Shown here in pieces: positions 10,074-19,524 of a DNA stretch of 32,000 nucleotides. A program made the translations under genes and the position numbers. Numbering within the stretch: the first letter of the stretch is position 1; each line of letters opens with the position of its first letter. Source of the stretch: Okeania sp. (GTDB lineage: Bacteria > Cyanobacteriota > Cyanobacteriia > Cyanobacteriales > Microcoleaceae); NCBI RefSeq assembly GCF_035285525.1, contig NZ_JAYKGW010000109.1, positions 1 through 32,000 on the forward strand. Direction: 5' to 3'. The notes under the pieces are model-generated. The model made no database searches, was not told the origin of the DNA, and worked only from the letters and a program-made list of their open reading frames with translations.

Positions 10074-10146
10074 TTTTCTGATTAAATATTGTATTCTAGT
10101 TATAAAATTGAAGAGATATCTTCCTGATGTAATATTTTTCCTTCTA

Positions 10147-10313
10147 CTCTCTTCCCTCTTCCCTCTTCCCTCTTCCCTCTTCCCTCTTCCTTTACCAAAA
10201 AATTAGGGTATGTACCTCCCCTTTTAAACGGATGAAAAAATGAATGTTTAACTGAGTATTTCAAGCCTCCCACTTTAGTCGAAGACTCATTGATAACTGA
10301 TAACTGAAATGAC
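10147..10313 (-). repeat. ~170-nt dispersed element (family F) ending in a (CTTCCCT)5 heptamer tract
   Basis: The reverse complement aligns with 19977-20127 (GTCATTTCAGTTATCAG...GGAGGCTTGAAATACT...TTTTTTCATC...AAGGGGAGG...TTTTGGTAARGAAGA). Five perfect heptamers at 10151-10185. Confidence 0.8.
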
Positions 10314-10316
10314 ATC

Positions 10317-11675
10317 TCAGTCAGTATTAGTCTTAATATTTCTGGAATCTAAAATAGATTGAATTTGTTGTAATAATTTTTCTTTCTCTTTGTTATTGTT
10401 GAATTTGGGAAATTCAGAAACATTTGTATCTTTTTGCTCTAAATTTTCGTCTGAATTTGGATGTTGTGAAGAAAGTGTAGTAGCTTTACCATTAACATGA
10501 TGTATAGGCGAAGATAAATTAACTGAAGTTTTTTCCAAACTTAGTTGATGAATTAATACTTCCAACTCATCCAATATTTTCTCAGAGCGCTGATTATTTT
10601 CTACGAGAGACTTAGAAGTCTGTTTAGCAGTTTCAGTCAACTTTTTTAGTTCAGCAATTTTCGTTATCAAGTTCTTAGCTACTTGATTCATTTGACGACC
10701 AGCTTCTGATGTTTCGCTAACTAACTTTCCTATTTCATTAGTTATATGACTAAAACCACCAAGTTGTGAACTTGAATGTCCTGCAATTATAGCAGCTTGC
10801 ATTGCTAAATGTTTGGCTTGTTTACTAACTGTTTCAATTTTATTTGATGTAGAGTTAATGAGCTTTAGCTCACTTGAAAATAACTGACCAATATTAACAA
10901 TTTCATCAATGTTTTTATTGATGGTTTGTACTCCTGTAAATGTGGCATTAAATGCCTTTCTTCCCTCTTGAGATATTAAACCAGTAATTTCTTTTATTCT
11001 TTGGTTAAGATTATTAATTTGTTCTGATTGAGTAATTAGTTCATTTTGCTGTTTTTCCAAGAGATTATTTCTAGCTAAAATTTCTTGTTTCTGAATTTGT
11101 AAGGCTTGTGTGTGTTGTTGGAGTTTCTGCTGTTTATTTGTTAGTTGTAAAAAATAATCTTTAGCATTTTTTTGATAATTATGTAACTGATAATTTACTT
11201 CATAAAGTATATGAGACTGAGCAATAATTAAGGTTTGAAAATTCAGCAGAAAATATATAGAAAAATTAGATTTTTCTTTGTTGATAAATTGAACCACTAT
11301 TGGTTCATAGATATTTTCCTCGGAACGACTGAGTGCTTTTTGTAGAGCTAAGTTAATTTTTTCTTTGGCAGATAATATTAAACAGTTTTCATAACATTTA
11401 GTTGCTTTGAAAAAATATTGAATTGGTCGTTTAGTAAATAATTCTCTCCCGTAGGGAGAACTCATCTGTTCATAAAAGTGACGTCGAGAAATCATACCAA
11501 GAAAATTTTGATTAGAGACAACTATAACTCCAGGCAAGTCAGGTTGTTCATAAAACTGAGATGAAACTAATTCTACTGAAATTGTTGGACTTACTTGAAA
11601 GTCAATTAATGGCAATTCTCCAAGGGTAGATTCAGAATTTAGCTTTGGGAAGTTAGATTTTACAGTGTTTATCAT
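10317..11675 (-). CDS. Soluble coiled-coil protein with a divergent methyl-accepting-chemotaxis (MA) signalling domain and a CBS-like N-terminal domain
   Basis: 452-aa ORF with no TM segment. The segment QAKHLAMQAAIIAGHSSSQLGGFSHITNEIGKLVSETSEAGRQM matches the MCP hairpin-tip pattern (Q..LA.NAAIEA....G.GF..VA.E...LA..S..A) but carries substitutions. A Q-rich coiled coil lies upstream. Confidence 0.8.
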   Translation of the reverse strand: MINTVKSNFPKLNSESTLGELPLIDFQVSPTISVELVSSQFYEQPDLPGVIVVSNQNFLGMISRRHFYEQMSSPYGRELFTKRPIQYFFKATKCYENCLILSAKEKINLALQKALSRSEENIYEPIVVQFINKEKSNFSIYFLLNFQTLIIAQSHILYEVNYQLHNYQKNAKDYFLQLTNKQQKLQQHTQALQIQKQEILARNNLLEKQQNELITQSEQINNLNQRIKEITGLISQEGRKAFNATFTGVQTINKNIDEIVNIGQLFSSELKLINSTSNKIETVSKQAKHLAMQAAIIAGHSSSQLGGFSHITNEIGKLVSETSEAGRQMNQVAKNLITKIAELKKLTETAKQTSKSLVENNQRSEKILDELEVLIHQLSLEKTSVNLSSPIHHVNGKATTLSSQHPNSDENLEQKDTNVSEFPKFNNNKEKEKLLQQIQSILDSRNIKTNTD

Positions 11676-11883
11676 TTTACAAAACCCACTTAACTTATGA
11701 GGGAGATTAAGAAAAATCTAAGGGAAGTTAATCATCAGGATGTCGATATATTTTATATGTTATTACTCCCTATCGTCAATGATTATCTCCAACAAATTTC
11801 TATTAAATCCTGATTTTTTTACAAATTATCTAAGGGAATTTAATATTTTATTAGGATAAAAAAATAAGGACTATCTATAAATT

Positions 11884-11979
11884 ATGAACTATTTAGCTCA
11901 TTTACTTTTAGCAAAAAATACTTCCGAATCACAAATAGGAAATTTACGAAGTGACTTTGTGAAAGGTCATTTTAGTTAG
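11884..11979 (+). pseudogene. acpH: Truncated stub of acyl carrier protein phosphodiesterase (AcpH N-terminus only)
   Basis: MNYLAHLLLAKNTSESQIGNLRSDFVKGHFS* matches the conserved AcpH N-terminus (E. coli MNFLAHLHLA...GNLLADFVRG). The reading frame ends where repeat family A-type sequence begins, and no further AcpH-like sequence is seen downstream. Confidence 0.6.
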
Positions 11980-13401
11980 TCTCCTGGGGAAAAGCTGCCT
12001 CTTGCAGAGGAACTTCGCTAACGCTAACAGTTAGCCTCCTGCGGAGAAGTTGTCCGTTTTCATGTAGAGAATGCTCCGCTTTCCATGTCGCGTAGAGTCT
12101 TATGTCAGCGACAGCCAAGAAGCGAAACAGTTATCAGTACCTCGTAGCTGTTGTCAGAGACTTGAAATATTGAAGAAGTTTTTTTCATTCCCTTTAGAGT
12201 TAATTTGTACACTTCGCCCAAAGTCCTATATTACCTAGCTTTTAGCAATTAATAATTTACTTGCCAAAAATCCTGAAATTTAAGTATAGCCAGTGACTCC
12301 GCCCCCTTAATATTTAGTTTATAAATCAGCTATTTATTAAAGGGGAAGATTGAGACCTTATTTTTCGGTCAAGTTGATTGTTTGAGCGATACTCATTCAA
12401 TATATTTGAGAAGTAAAAATAAGGTTTCAGACTTTTTTCGGCATAATAATAAAGTACCTAATTTTTAGCTATTTTTGTCTCAAAATGATAAAATTTTGAC
12501 CCTGACTATCAGAAAATTTGGCCGTAGCAGATCGCCTAAACTATTCCCTGTTCCCTATCACCACTAACAGACTTTTTTAGCAAACCCTAATTAGGGCTTG
12601 CTGATTAAATATAAAAATATTTCCTGGTCAAGATTTCAGCCTTTGCCAGTGCTAATAACTTACCAGCTTTTAAGTAATTCAGGTTCAAAAATCTAGGATT
12701 TTGCGCAAGACAAGATAGAGGCACCTAAAAATCAAGGGATAATTTTTCCGATACATCCTCTATAACTCCTGATTTCTCTTGACTCTGTAGGTAGGGACGT
12801 TGCATAGTCCCTACTACTCCCTACTCCCTCCCAAGGACAAAAATACTTTTTCAGCAAACCCTAATTATTAATGTTTTATATGACCATTTTGTGGCAAATA
12901 ACTGGAATTTATTTAGCCATAAAAAGATTAGATGTATTTGTCAAAAAAATATGTATTATATATAATCCGGTTATACAGTTTACGCTTATAGCTCTATAGC
13001 TACTTAAATATTCAATTTTGTAACAAAACCTTCCAGGTTATTACAGCAAACGAAGGCTGAACTGCAAATTACGATAACTAATTACCCGGATTCTATATTA
13101 TGTTGGAATATAATCAGGAAATACTACCTAAAAAATAAAAAAAAATATTAGCTAAAATCATATTTTAAAATTGGCTTATTTCCTACACAAATATATCAGG
13201 AATTAACTTAAATTTTGTGTGTTTATCTCAAGGTTTGCAAAGATAAAATAATTGGGCTACTGCTGTTAACGAGTTAATCAAAAATCACCCTTAAATTGAG
13301 TCATATTTTTTTATATTATTTCCATAATTTATGAATTATTTAAAAAGTTTGTATAAGTAATAATAAAGTTTTCAACCATTTTCAACCCTTTCTTCTGTTA
13401 T

Positions 13402-14406
13402 TCAGGTTTCATCTCCGTTATTTGTTACTACTTCTATAGGGGGTATTTCTTTAGATAAAGGTTTAATCTGATCAGGATTAAAATTTAAACTAGAAAACAA
13501 AGGTAAAATTTCTTTACTAAAAGCTTCTGCTGCTTTAGAGCGGTAACGATTAGGATTATAAATGACTGATAATATTCTATTAACAACTATCTGCTCTATC
13601 TTAACTATAGTCAAAACCCCTATTTGTAATTCTTTTTCAATAGCAGAAACAGAGACAAAAGCGACTCCTAAACCAGACTGAACAGCATTTTTAATTGCCT
13701 CAATTGAATTTAGTTCCATCTCTACTTTTAGACGACGAGTATCAATCCCACTTTCAGATAAAACTTGATCAATTACTTTGCGAATAGTAGATTGAGAGTC
13801 CAAAGTAATAAAATTTAAGTGATACAAGTCCTCTTTTTGAATAGTCTCCTTTTCGGCCAGATAATGAGAAACAGGCAAAATTAAGGCCAGTTCATCCTCA
13901 GCATAGGGCACAATTTCCAAAGACTCCTGTAACTCCGGAGGGACTTCACCCCCAACAATAGATAAATCTATTTGGCCATTAGCCACACTCCAAGCAGTAC
14001 GACGAGTAGAATGAACATGCAATTGTACAGCTACATCAGGATATTTTTGTCTAAACATCCCGATCATCCGGGGTAATAAATAAGTGCCAGTAGTTTGGGA
14101 AGCACCAACAATTAAAGTTCCTCCCTGAAGGTTTTGTAAATCTTCAATTGCCCGGCAAGTTTCTTGACAAAGAGATAATATCTTCTCACCGTAAGTAAGT
14201 AGCAAATGACCAGCTTCAGTTAATTGTGCCCGGCGACCTCCCCGGTCAAATAAAGGCACATTTAATTGTCGTTCTAAATTTTGTACCTGTAAACTAACTG
14301 CTGGTTGAGAAACAAATAGACTATCGGCAGCTCTTTTAAAGCTACCTTCAGCAGCGATCGCTTTGAGAATGCGTAATTGATCTAAAGTGAAAGGAAGCTC
14401 AGACAT
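13402..14406 (-). CDS. rbcR: LysR-type transcriptional regulator, RbcR/Ycf30 type
   Basis: 334-aa ORF. The N-terminus [66 protein letters not shown] is the characteristic Ycf30/RbcR wHTH. A LysR substrate-binding fold follows. Confidence 0.9.
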   Translation of the reverse strand: MSELPFTLDQLRILKAIAAEGSFKRAADSLFVSQPAVSLQVQNLERQLNVPLFDRGGRRAQLTEAGHLLLTYGEKILSLCQETCRAIEDLQNLQGGTLIVGASQTTGTYLLPRMIGMFRQKYPDVAVQLHVHSTRRTAWSVANGQIDLSIVGGEVPPELQESLEIVPYAEDELALILPVSHYLAEKETIQKEDLYHLNFITLDSQSTIRKVIDQVLSESGIDTRRLKVEMELNSIEAIKNAVQSGLGVAFVSVSAIEKELQIGVLTIVKIEQIVVNRILSVIYNPNRYRSKAAEAFSKEILPLFSSLNFNPDQIKPLSKEIPPIEVVTNNGDET

Positions 14407-14543
14407 AATTGTTAAAAGAAAAAAATTTAGGGAGTATACAATAGAAACTTTTAGTTTATAGTCTGTTTCTGTATTAAGCCAAGTTTTTATTGAGAGAACT
14501 TCAAGAGCGTATCTAGCTGGAAAATTTGCCTAAGCAGCAAGTC

Positions 14544-14689
14544 ATATCAAATCCGGTAGTATCCTTATAATTTAAGCCCTGTAGGAGTTTGTTCTCCAAT
14601 TTATCGGGAACCGTACCCTCTACAGACTCAGACTTTTCGCTCTTTTCTGATAGTAGAATTATATTCTCCAAAGCCAGCGGATTTGATAT
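14544..14689. mobile_element. MITE-like element with 12-bp terminal inverted repeats ATATCAAATCCG / CGGATTTGATAT
   Basis: TIRs at 14544-14555 and 14678-14689. The right half (14634-14690) recurs at 16497-16553. It contains the mini-insert at 14599-14614. Confidence 0.7.
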
Positions 14690-14936
14690 AACCAGGAAAA
14701 CTTCTCCCTCTTCCCTACAAAGGAAGAGGGAGTTGGAAAGTTACCCAAAATTTCAGTTTAGACATTTTACTATCGGTTGCGATAAGGCTTAGACTTAGAG
14801 AAAGCATAGAGCTAATTGTTAAGTCTTAGGAGAAAATGAGATTCCCAGATTCCTCGACCACAGTTTATATCCCTTTAGAATACTGCTGTACGATTCCTCC
14901 AAAAGTTAACTTTTATTATCAATTTCCGTAGTGGCC

Positions 14937-15650
14937 ATGTCTAATGATTTATTCACCCCTAGCCATTTAATCATCTTGGGGTTACTCCTGAGTTTTGCGA
15001 TCACTCATAGTGGTTTAGCTGCCCTCCGACCCTGGGCGGAAACTAAAATTGGTCCCAGACCCTACCGCATTCTATTTGCCCTAGTTAGTCTACCACTAGC
15101 AGTAGTTCTAATTATTTACTTTTTCAACCATCGTTATGATGGCTTACAGTTATGGCAGTTCCAAGGTGTCCCAATTGTCAAACCTATAGTCTGGATACTA
15201 TCAGCCATTTCCTTTCTTTTCCTATACCCCTCTACATTCAATCTCTTAGAAATTGCGGCCATTCAAAAGCCTGAAGTCCATCTCCATGAGACAGGAATTA
15301 TTCGTATTACTCGTCATCCCCAAATGGTAGGCCAAGTAATATGGTGTATTGCCCACACCCTTTGGTTAGGGACAAGCTTTACTTTAGTTACCTCAATTGG
15401 CCTTGTTATCCACCATTTGTTTGGTGTTTGGCATGGAGATCGCCGACTAGAGAAGCGTTTTGGTGAATCTTATGAAAAATTAAAATCTCGAACATCCATT
15501 ATTCCATTTCTGGCCATTATCCAAGGACGTCAAACCTTACAGTTCCATGAGTTTCTCCGATGGGCTTACCTTGGGGTAGGAGTTTTTGTATTCTTGTTCT
15601 GGCAAGCTCATTCTTTATTAATCCATGCAACTGGGAACATATATTGGTAG
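14937..15650 (+). CDS. NnrU-family integral membrane protein
   Basis: Multi-TM ORF with NnrU-type motifs (GIIRITRHPQMVGQVIWCIAHTLW...HHLFGVWHGDRRL). The ORF opens at GTG 14931, but ATG 14937 is preferred. Confidence 0.85.
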   Translation: MSNDLFTPSHLIILGLLLSFAITHSGLAALRPWAETKIGPRPYRILFALVSLPLAVVLIIYFFNHRYDGLQLWQFQGVPIVKPIVWILSAISFLFLYPSTFNLLEIAAIQKPEVHLHETGIIRITRHPQMVGQVIWCIAHTLWLGTSFTLVTSIGLVIHHLFGVWHGDRRLEKRFGESYEKLKSRTSIIPFLAIIQGRQTLQFHEFLRWAYLGVGVFVFLFWQAHSLLIHATGNIYW

Positions 15651-15697
15651 CATGATCCCAGGATATAAAAAATTTAATTAATATACATTCAAGGATC

Positions 15698-16099
15698 ATG
15701 ATTCTGCCAGTTGAGGAAAAAAATTTTAAAAAAGAGGTATTGGAGTCCACCAAGCCAGTTTTAGTTCATTTTTGGGCACCTTGGTGTGGCCTATGCAAAA
15801 TGATTGTCCCCCAATTAGTTAAATTTCAATCAGAGTGGAATGGCCATTTAAAACTAATAGGGGTGAATGCTGACCAAAGTTTAAGGCTGGCCAGTAAATA
15901 TCAACTAAAAACTTTACCCACCCTAATTTTGTTTGAAAATGGCCAAATAGTTAATCGTATCGATCATTTTCAGGGACGAGAAGATTTCCGGCGGACATTA
16001 GATGCTTTTATGTTGAACTATCAAGATCGTCGCGACGCTCAATTTTTGCAACGACAGTTAATTCCACTAAGTCAAAATTATGGCATTCAGAAATTCTGA
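15698..16099 (+). CDS. trxC: Thioredoxin with atypical WCGLC active site (cyanobacterial TrxC type)
   Basis: 133-aa ORF with VLVHFWAPWCGLCKMIVPQL and TLPTLILFENGQ. It lies 47 nt downstream of nnrU on the same strand. Confidence 0.85.
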   Translation: MILPVEEKNFKKEVLESTKPVLVHFWAPWCGLCKMIVPQLVKFQSEWNGHLKLIGVNADQSLRLASKYQLKTLPTLILFENGQIVNRIDHFQGREDFRRTLDAFMLNYQDRRDAQFLQRQLIPLSQNYGIQKF

Positions 16100-16107
16100 T
16101 AGATTTT

Positions 16108-16376
16108 TAGGGTGTGTCATCAATTAGATGTTAGAAGCTTTATCAACAAAAGTAGTGGACTGACAAAGCTAAAACTGTTCATTACATCATTGGGGGGGGG
16201 CGGGTTTATCTAACAGAAGCGGGAAAATCGTTCATTTAACTGAGAAACCCGCCCCTACCGACCGCACAATTTCAGGTATGCCCTCCCTGTATCTGAACCT
16301 ATCCAACCGCGATCGCCATTTTTACATAACAGAGAATAGCCTTTTTGTCAACTTATTTAATTGATGACACGCCCTA
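16108..16376. mobile_element. 269-bp MITE-like element with 19-bp TIRs (TAGGGYGTGTCATCAATTA)
   Basis: Left TIR 16108-16126 and right TIR 16358-16376, with 1 mismatch. An internal 11-bp stem GGGGCGGGTTT / AAACCCGCCCC (16197-16207 / 16246-16256) is preceded by a G9 run. Confidence 0.75.
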
Positions 16377-16496
16377 GGGAATAATAATTGTCTTTGGAGC
16401 TAGTTTTAGCTGGTTTGAATTTTCTGATAGTTTGATATTTGGCTATGTTTTAAAGACCGTAGGGGTTTGGCCTCCAAACCCTCTAGGGAATAATAA

Positions 16497-16553
16497 TTTT
16501 CGCTCTTTTCTAATAGTAGAACGTTATTCTCTAAAGCCAGCGGATTTGATATG
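16497..16553. repeat. Partial second copy of the 14544-14689 element (right half only)
   Basis: TTTTCGCTCTTTTCTRATAGTAGAA...AAAGCCAGCGGATTTGATAT aligns with 14634-14690 with about 6 mismatches. Confidence 0.8.
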
Positions 16554-16669
16554 ATAACCCAACAGGGAAGTTGTATCCAACTTCCCTGCCAACCAATAAA
16601 CCCGGTTTCTGCAAGAAATCTAAGTCTGCTTCTTACTTGAGCATAGCTGCCTTCTGCCTTCTTACTTCT

Positions 16670-18304
16670 TCAAACAGATACCATTGCAGTTTCTAGATTT
16701 GCTATTAATTTTAAACCAAACTCTTTCTCAAATGCTTCCTTCTTATATTCCAAACTCCATAATTCTAATGCACAATCATCTTCCGGGTCAGCAGGTCGTA
16801 ACCAGAGATGAAATTCTTGTTTATTTTTATTTAACTGACATTTCACATTAGCGATCGCTCCTATTTGTCGTCTATCTAAAGCCACCGCCAACCTTAACAA
16901 CGCACTCAACTCAGAGACCAGTTGTTGATATTTTTTCGGTAAATTGTGATAATGTTCATGCTTTTTTTTCGGTAAAGTTTTGCGGTGATAACGAGCTAAA
17001 TTAGCAATAATTTCAATTTCAATTTCACTATACCCCAATAACTCCCCATTTCTAATCAAATAATAAGAATGTTTATGGTGTGCGGAATGACTGACATATA
17101 CACCACAATTATGCAAAATTGCTGCTGACCATAATAACTCTCGTTCCTCATATCCCCAATTATGCAGCAACCCTTGAGTTTGGTCAAATAAATGCAACGC
17201 CAAAGAAGCAACCCGCTCCCCATTCTCGATATTGACTTGATATTTTTGGGCAATTTTGAGAGTGTTTCGTTGCCGAATTGAACTTTGAAAACGGAGGCGA
17301 TCATCTATCAAACCATGATTTAACATCCAGTCAACTATTACCCCCTCCCGCAAACTACTTTCGCAGACAGTTATTGACTCCATACCTAATAAACTCATTG
17401 CTTCCTGTAACACGACAGCACCCCCCAGAATAATTTCTGCTCTCTTTTCTGACATACCAGGAATTTCCAATCTTTCAGAAATAGATAATTTCCTCAACTT
17501 ATTCACTAATTCTTTCAGTTCAGCGAAACTAAACTGATAACCACCCAAAGGAGTTGGTACATTCCCCAACTTTTCATAAGCATGAATAGTTGCTAAAGAT
17601 TCTATAGTACCAGCAGTTCCCACTAACCGAGGTTTTTCATCTTTGTTGAGATTAGCTAATAATTCTTCTGTCGGACGTTCTAATAAACCTCTACTGTAAG
17701 CTTGCAAATAAGCAAACTCACTCTCATTAATGGGGTCTGTAGTCACAAATTCTTTTGTCAAACGTACTGCACCTACTTTGGTACTGCTCAGAGTTCTTGA
17801 TGTTTTGCTATCACCTAATATCAATTCTGTGGAACCTCCACCAATATCAATGATAATATGTGGTTGGTTGTTAAATTCCATTGCTGAAAGCACCCCTAGA
17901 TAAATTCGTCGTGCTTCTTCTTTACCTGAAATTAAGTTAACATAGAGATCTAATTCCTTAGCTATTCTCTTGAGAAATTCTTTGCCGTTGGGTGCTTCCC
18001 GTACAGCACTGGTGGCAACTGTAATGATCTGTTCAGCATTAGCACCTTCAGCAATTTTTTGGAAACGCTCTAAAGTAGCGATCGCTTTATCCATCACTTC
18101 TGGTTTTAAATTACCTTTGGGCTCGCAGTCTCCCAGTCTAACTGTTTCTTTGTCTCGCTCAATAATTGTAAAAGTGGGAAACTTGGGGTCGATTTTTACT
18201 ACTACCAAATGTAACGAGTTTGTACCCATATCTATTGCTGCTAAGATGCGGTCTTTGTCTCCCAGTGGAGTACGAATTTTAACCAGAGGAACAGATGTAA
18301 CCAT
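16670..18304 (-). CDS. ppx: Exopolyphosphatase / guanosine pentaphosphate phosphohydrolase (Ppx/GppA) with C-terminal HD-type domain
   Basis: ASKHA-fold motifs AAIDMGTNSLHLVV, DIGGGSTELI and GTAGTIESLA, plus HN.G......HHKHS in the C-terminal half. The ORF opens at 18337, but ATG 18304 (MVTSVPLVK...) is preferred. Confidence 0.9.
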   Translation of the reverse strand: MVTSVPLVKIRTPLGDKDRILAAIDMGTNSLHLVVVKIDPKFPTFTIIERDKETVRLGDCEPKGNLKPEVMDKAIATLERFQKIAEGANAEQIITVATSAVREAPNGKEFLKRIAKELDLYVNLISGKEEARRIYLGVLSAMEFNNQPHIIIDIGGGSTELILGDSKTSRTLSSTKVGAVRLTKEFVTTDPINESEFAYLQAYSRGLLERPTEELLANLNKDEKPRLVGTAGTIESLATIHAYEKLGNVPTPLGGYQFSFAELKELVNKLRKLSISERLEIPGMSEKRAEIILGGAVVLQEAMSLLGMESITVCESSLREGVIVDWMLNHGLIDDRLRFQSSIRQRNTLKIAQKYQVNIENGERVASLALHLFDQTQGLLHNWGYEERELLWSAAILHNCGVYVSHSAHHKHSYYLIRNGELLGYSEIEIEIIANLARYHRKTLPKKKHEHYHNLPKKYQQLVSELSALLRLAVALDRRQIGAIANVKCQLNKNKQEFHLWLRPADPEDDCALELWSLEYKKEAFEKEFGLKLIANLETAMVSV

Positions 18305-18491
18305 ATAAATGTATCCTAAATTACAAGTGTGTTTCATTTTATCAGAACTTATGCGGGTGAATCAGGAAACTGGATTTCTTTGTATAAGTCCTAAGATTAA
18401 GTAATCTTATCTTTTTTATTATGACAAAAAATTATAAAAATGGACTTTTAATATTGACAAATTATTGATTTTGAGGTTTGTATAAAAAATT

Positions 18492-18628
18492 ATATGATGT
18501 CCTGTTGAGTAATTAGATTTCCGTGGAAGGAAGGCACTTATGCTGAAGGCAGAAGCTTTTCTGCCATTTTAACCTTCATTCTATAGACGCACGGTGCCCT
18601 AAAAATCCGATGCTAGTGGACATGATAT
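18492..18628. mobile_element. MITE-like element with TIRs ATATGATGTCC / GGACATGATAT
   Basis: Shares its ends and the internal GGAAGGCACTTATRCTGARGG with the copy at 24274-24424. Confidence 0.7.
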
Positions 18629-18635
18629 TAGCAAT

Positions 18636-19470
18636 CAGGAGTTACGCACGCGCAACGTATTTCTGTCATTGCGTTTTCGGTGCTTGAGCCGACATGTTTG
18701 CGTAGCAGTCCCTATACGATAACGGTCCGCGACATGAAAAGCGAAGCTTTGCGAAGCGCAAGTGACAGCGTTTCGCTCCGCAACATGGAAAGCGCAGCAT
18801 GACCTCAGGAAATGCGAAGCAGTCGGTCAGGATAGCAATCTCAAATGTTGACATTGTGTTCCTCATGGGTAAGTCCTGGTAATAATAGTTATATCTGAAA
18901 AAAATTACAGCAGTTTTCATCTCGGTAGACCACAGTAGTGGCGAATGGTCATTTACTCCGACATGGTTTTGGTTGTGGTGATGTAGTTCATCAATCTTAA
19001 AAGCGCTTTAATTTGATACAGGACTTACACAACTGCAACGTATTTTCGTCCGATACGACGGTCGGGAAGCAATCTTAAACCCCTGTTTTTCCTACCTCAT
19101 GGCTTTAGTCCTATGACAAAATCAGGACTTACGCAAAGGCTATATGTATAGAGTCTTGGTGCGTTACGAGATACGCTTTTCATGTCCCGTAGCGAAACGC
19201 ACCCTACAGATAGCTTTAGTCCTATGATAAAATTAAAGAAGCGATCGCCTTAAAAAGATATACAGGACTTACACAAAGGTTCTATATATGGAGTATTGGT
19301 GCGTTACGCTACGCTAACGCACCCTACCAATAGGTATATATGGAGTATTGGTGCGTTACGAGATACACTTTACATGTCGCGTAGCGCTTTGGCTTTTGCC
19401 GACATATAAAGCGGAGCTTTGCGGAAGGCAAAACACACCCTACCAATAGCGTTCATGGCTTTAGTCCTAA
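18636..19470. repeat. Composite island of nested small dispersed repeats (families A and B, GGTGCGTT...AACGCACC hairpin modules)
   Basis: CAGGASTTACRCA starts at 18636, 19019, 19123 and 19263. GCTTTAGTCCT at 19102, 19213 and 19457. Hairpin modules at 19158-19204, 19298-19324 and 19350-19440. Confidence 0.8.
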
Positions 19471-19524
19471 TAATGACAAATAAAAATTATTATATTCCCC
19501 CTTCAATAATAATCAATATAATTA

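Noticed and set aside
10100-10315. 71-aa ORF containing EEGRGKREEGRGKRVEGK
   Set aside because: It is simply the translation of the (CTTCCCT)n heptamer tract and the family F repeat.
18480-18493. NtcA-like site GTA-N8-TAT upstream of ppx; similar half-matches near 7316 and 26383
   Set aside because: These are not the canonical GTA-N8-TAC, and such matches occur frequently by chance in AT-rich DNA. The 18480 site also overlaps a MITE terminus.
18666-18920. ORFs lying in repeat islands; the same applies to 6924-7136, 14589-14792, 19419-19616, 19990-20384, 27443-27625 and 31445-31642
   Set aside because: Each is composed largely of dispersed-repeat sequence that recurs non-coding elsewhere in the window, in both orientations.
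19100-19450. Possible CRISPR array; the same was considered for 27652-27811
   Set aside because: There is no alternation of a constant repeat with unique spacers. The units are contiguous degenerate repeats or composites of dispersed families, and no cas genes are present.
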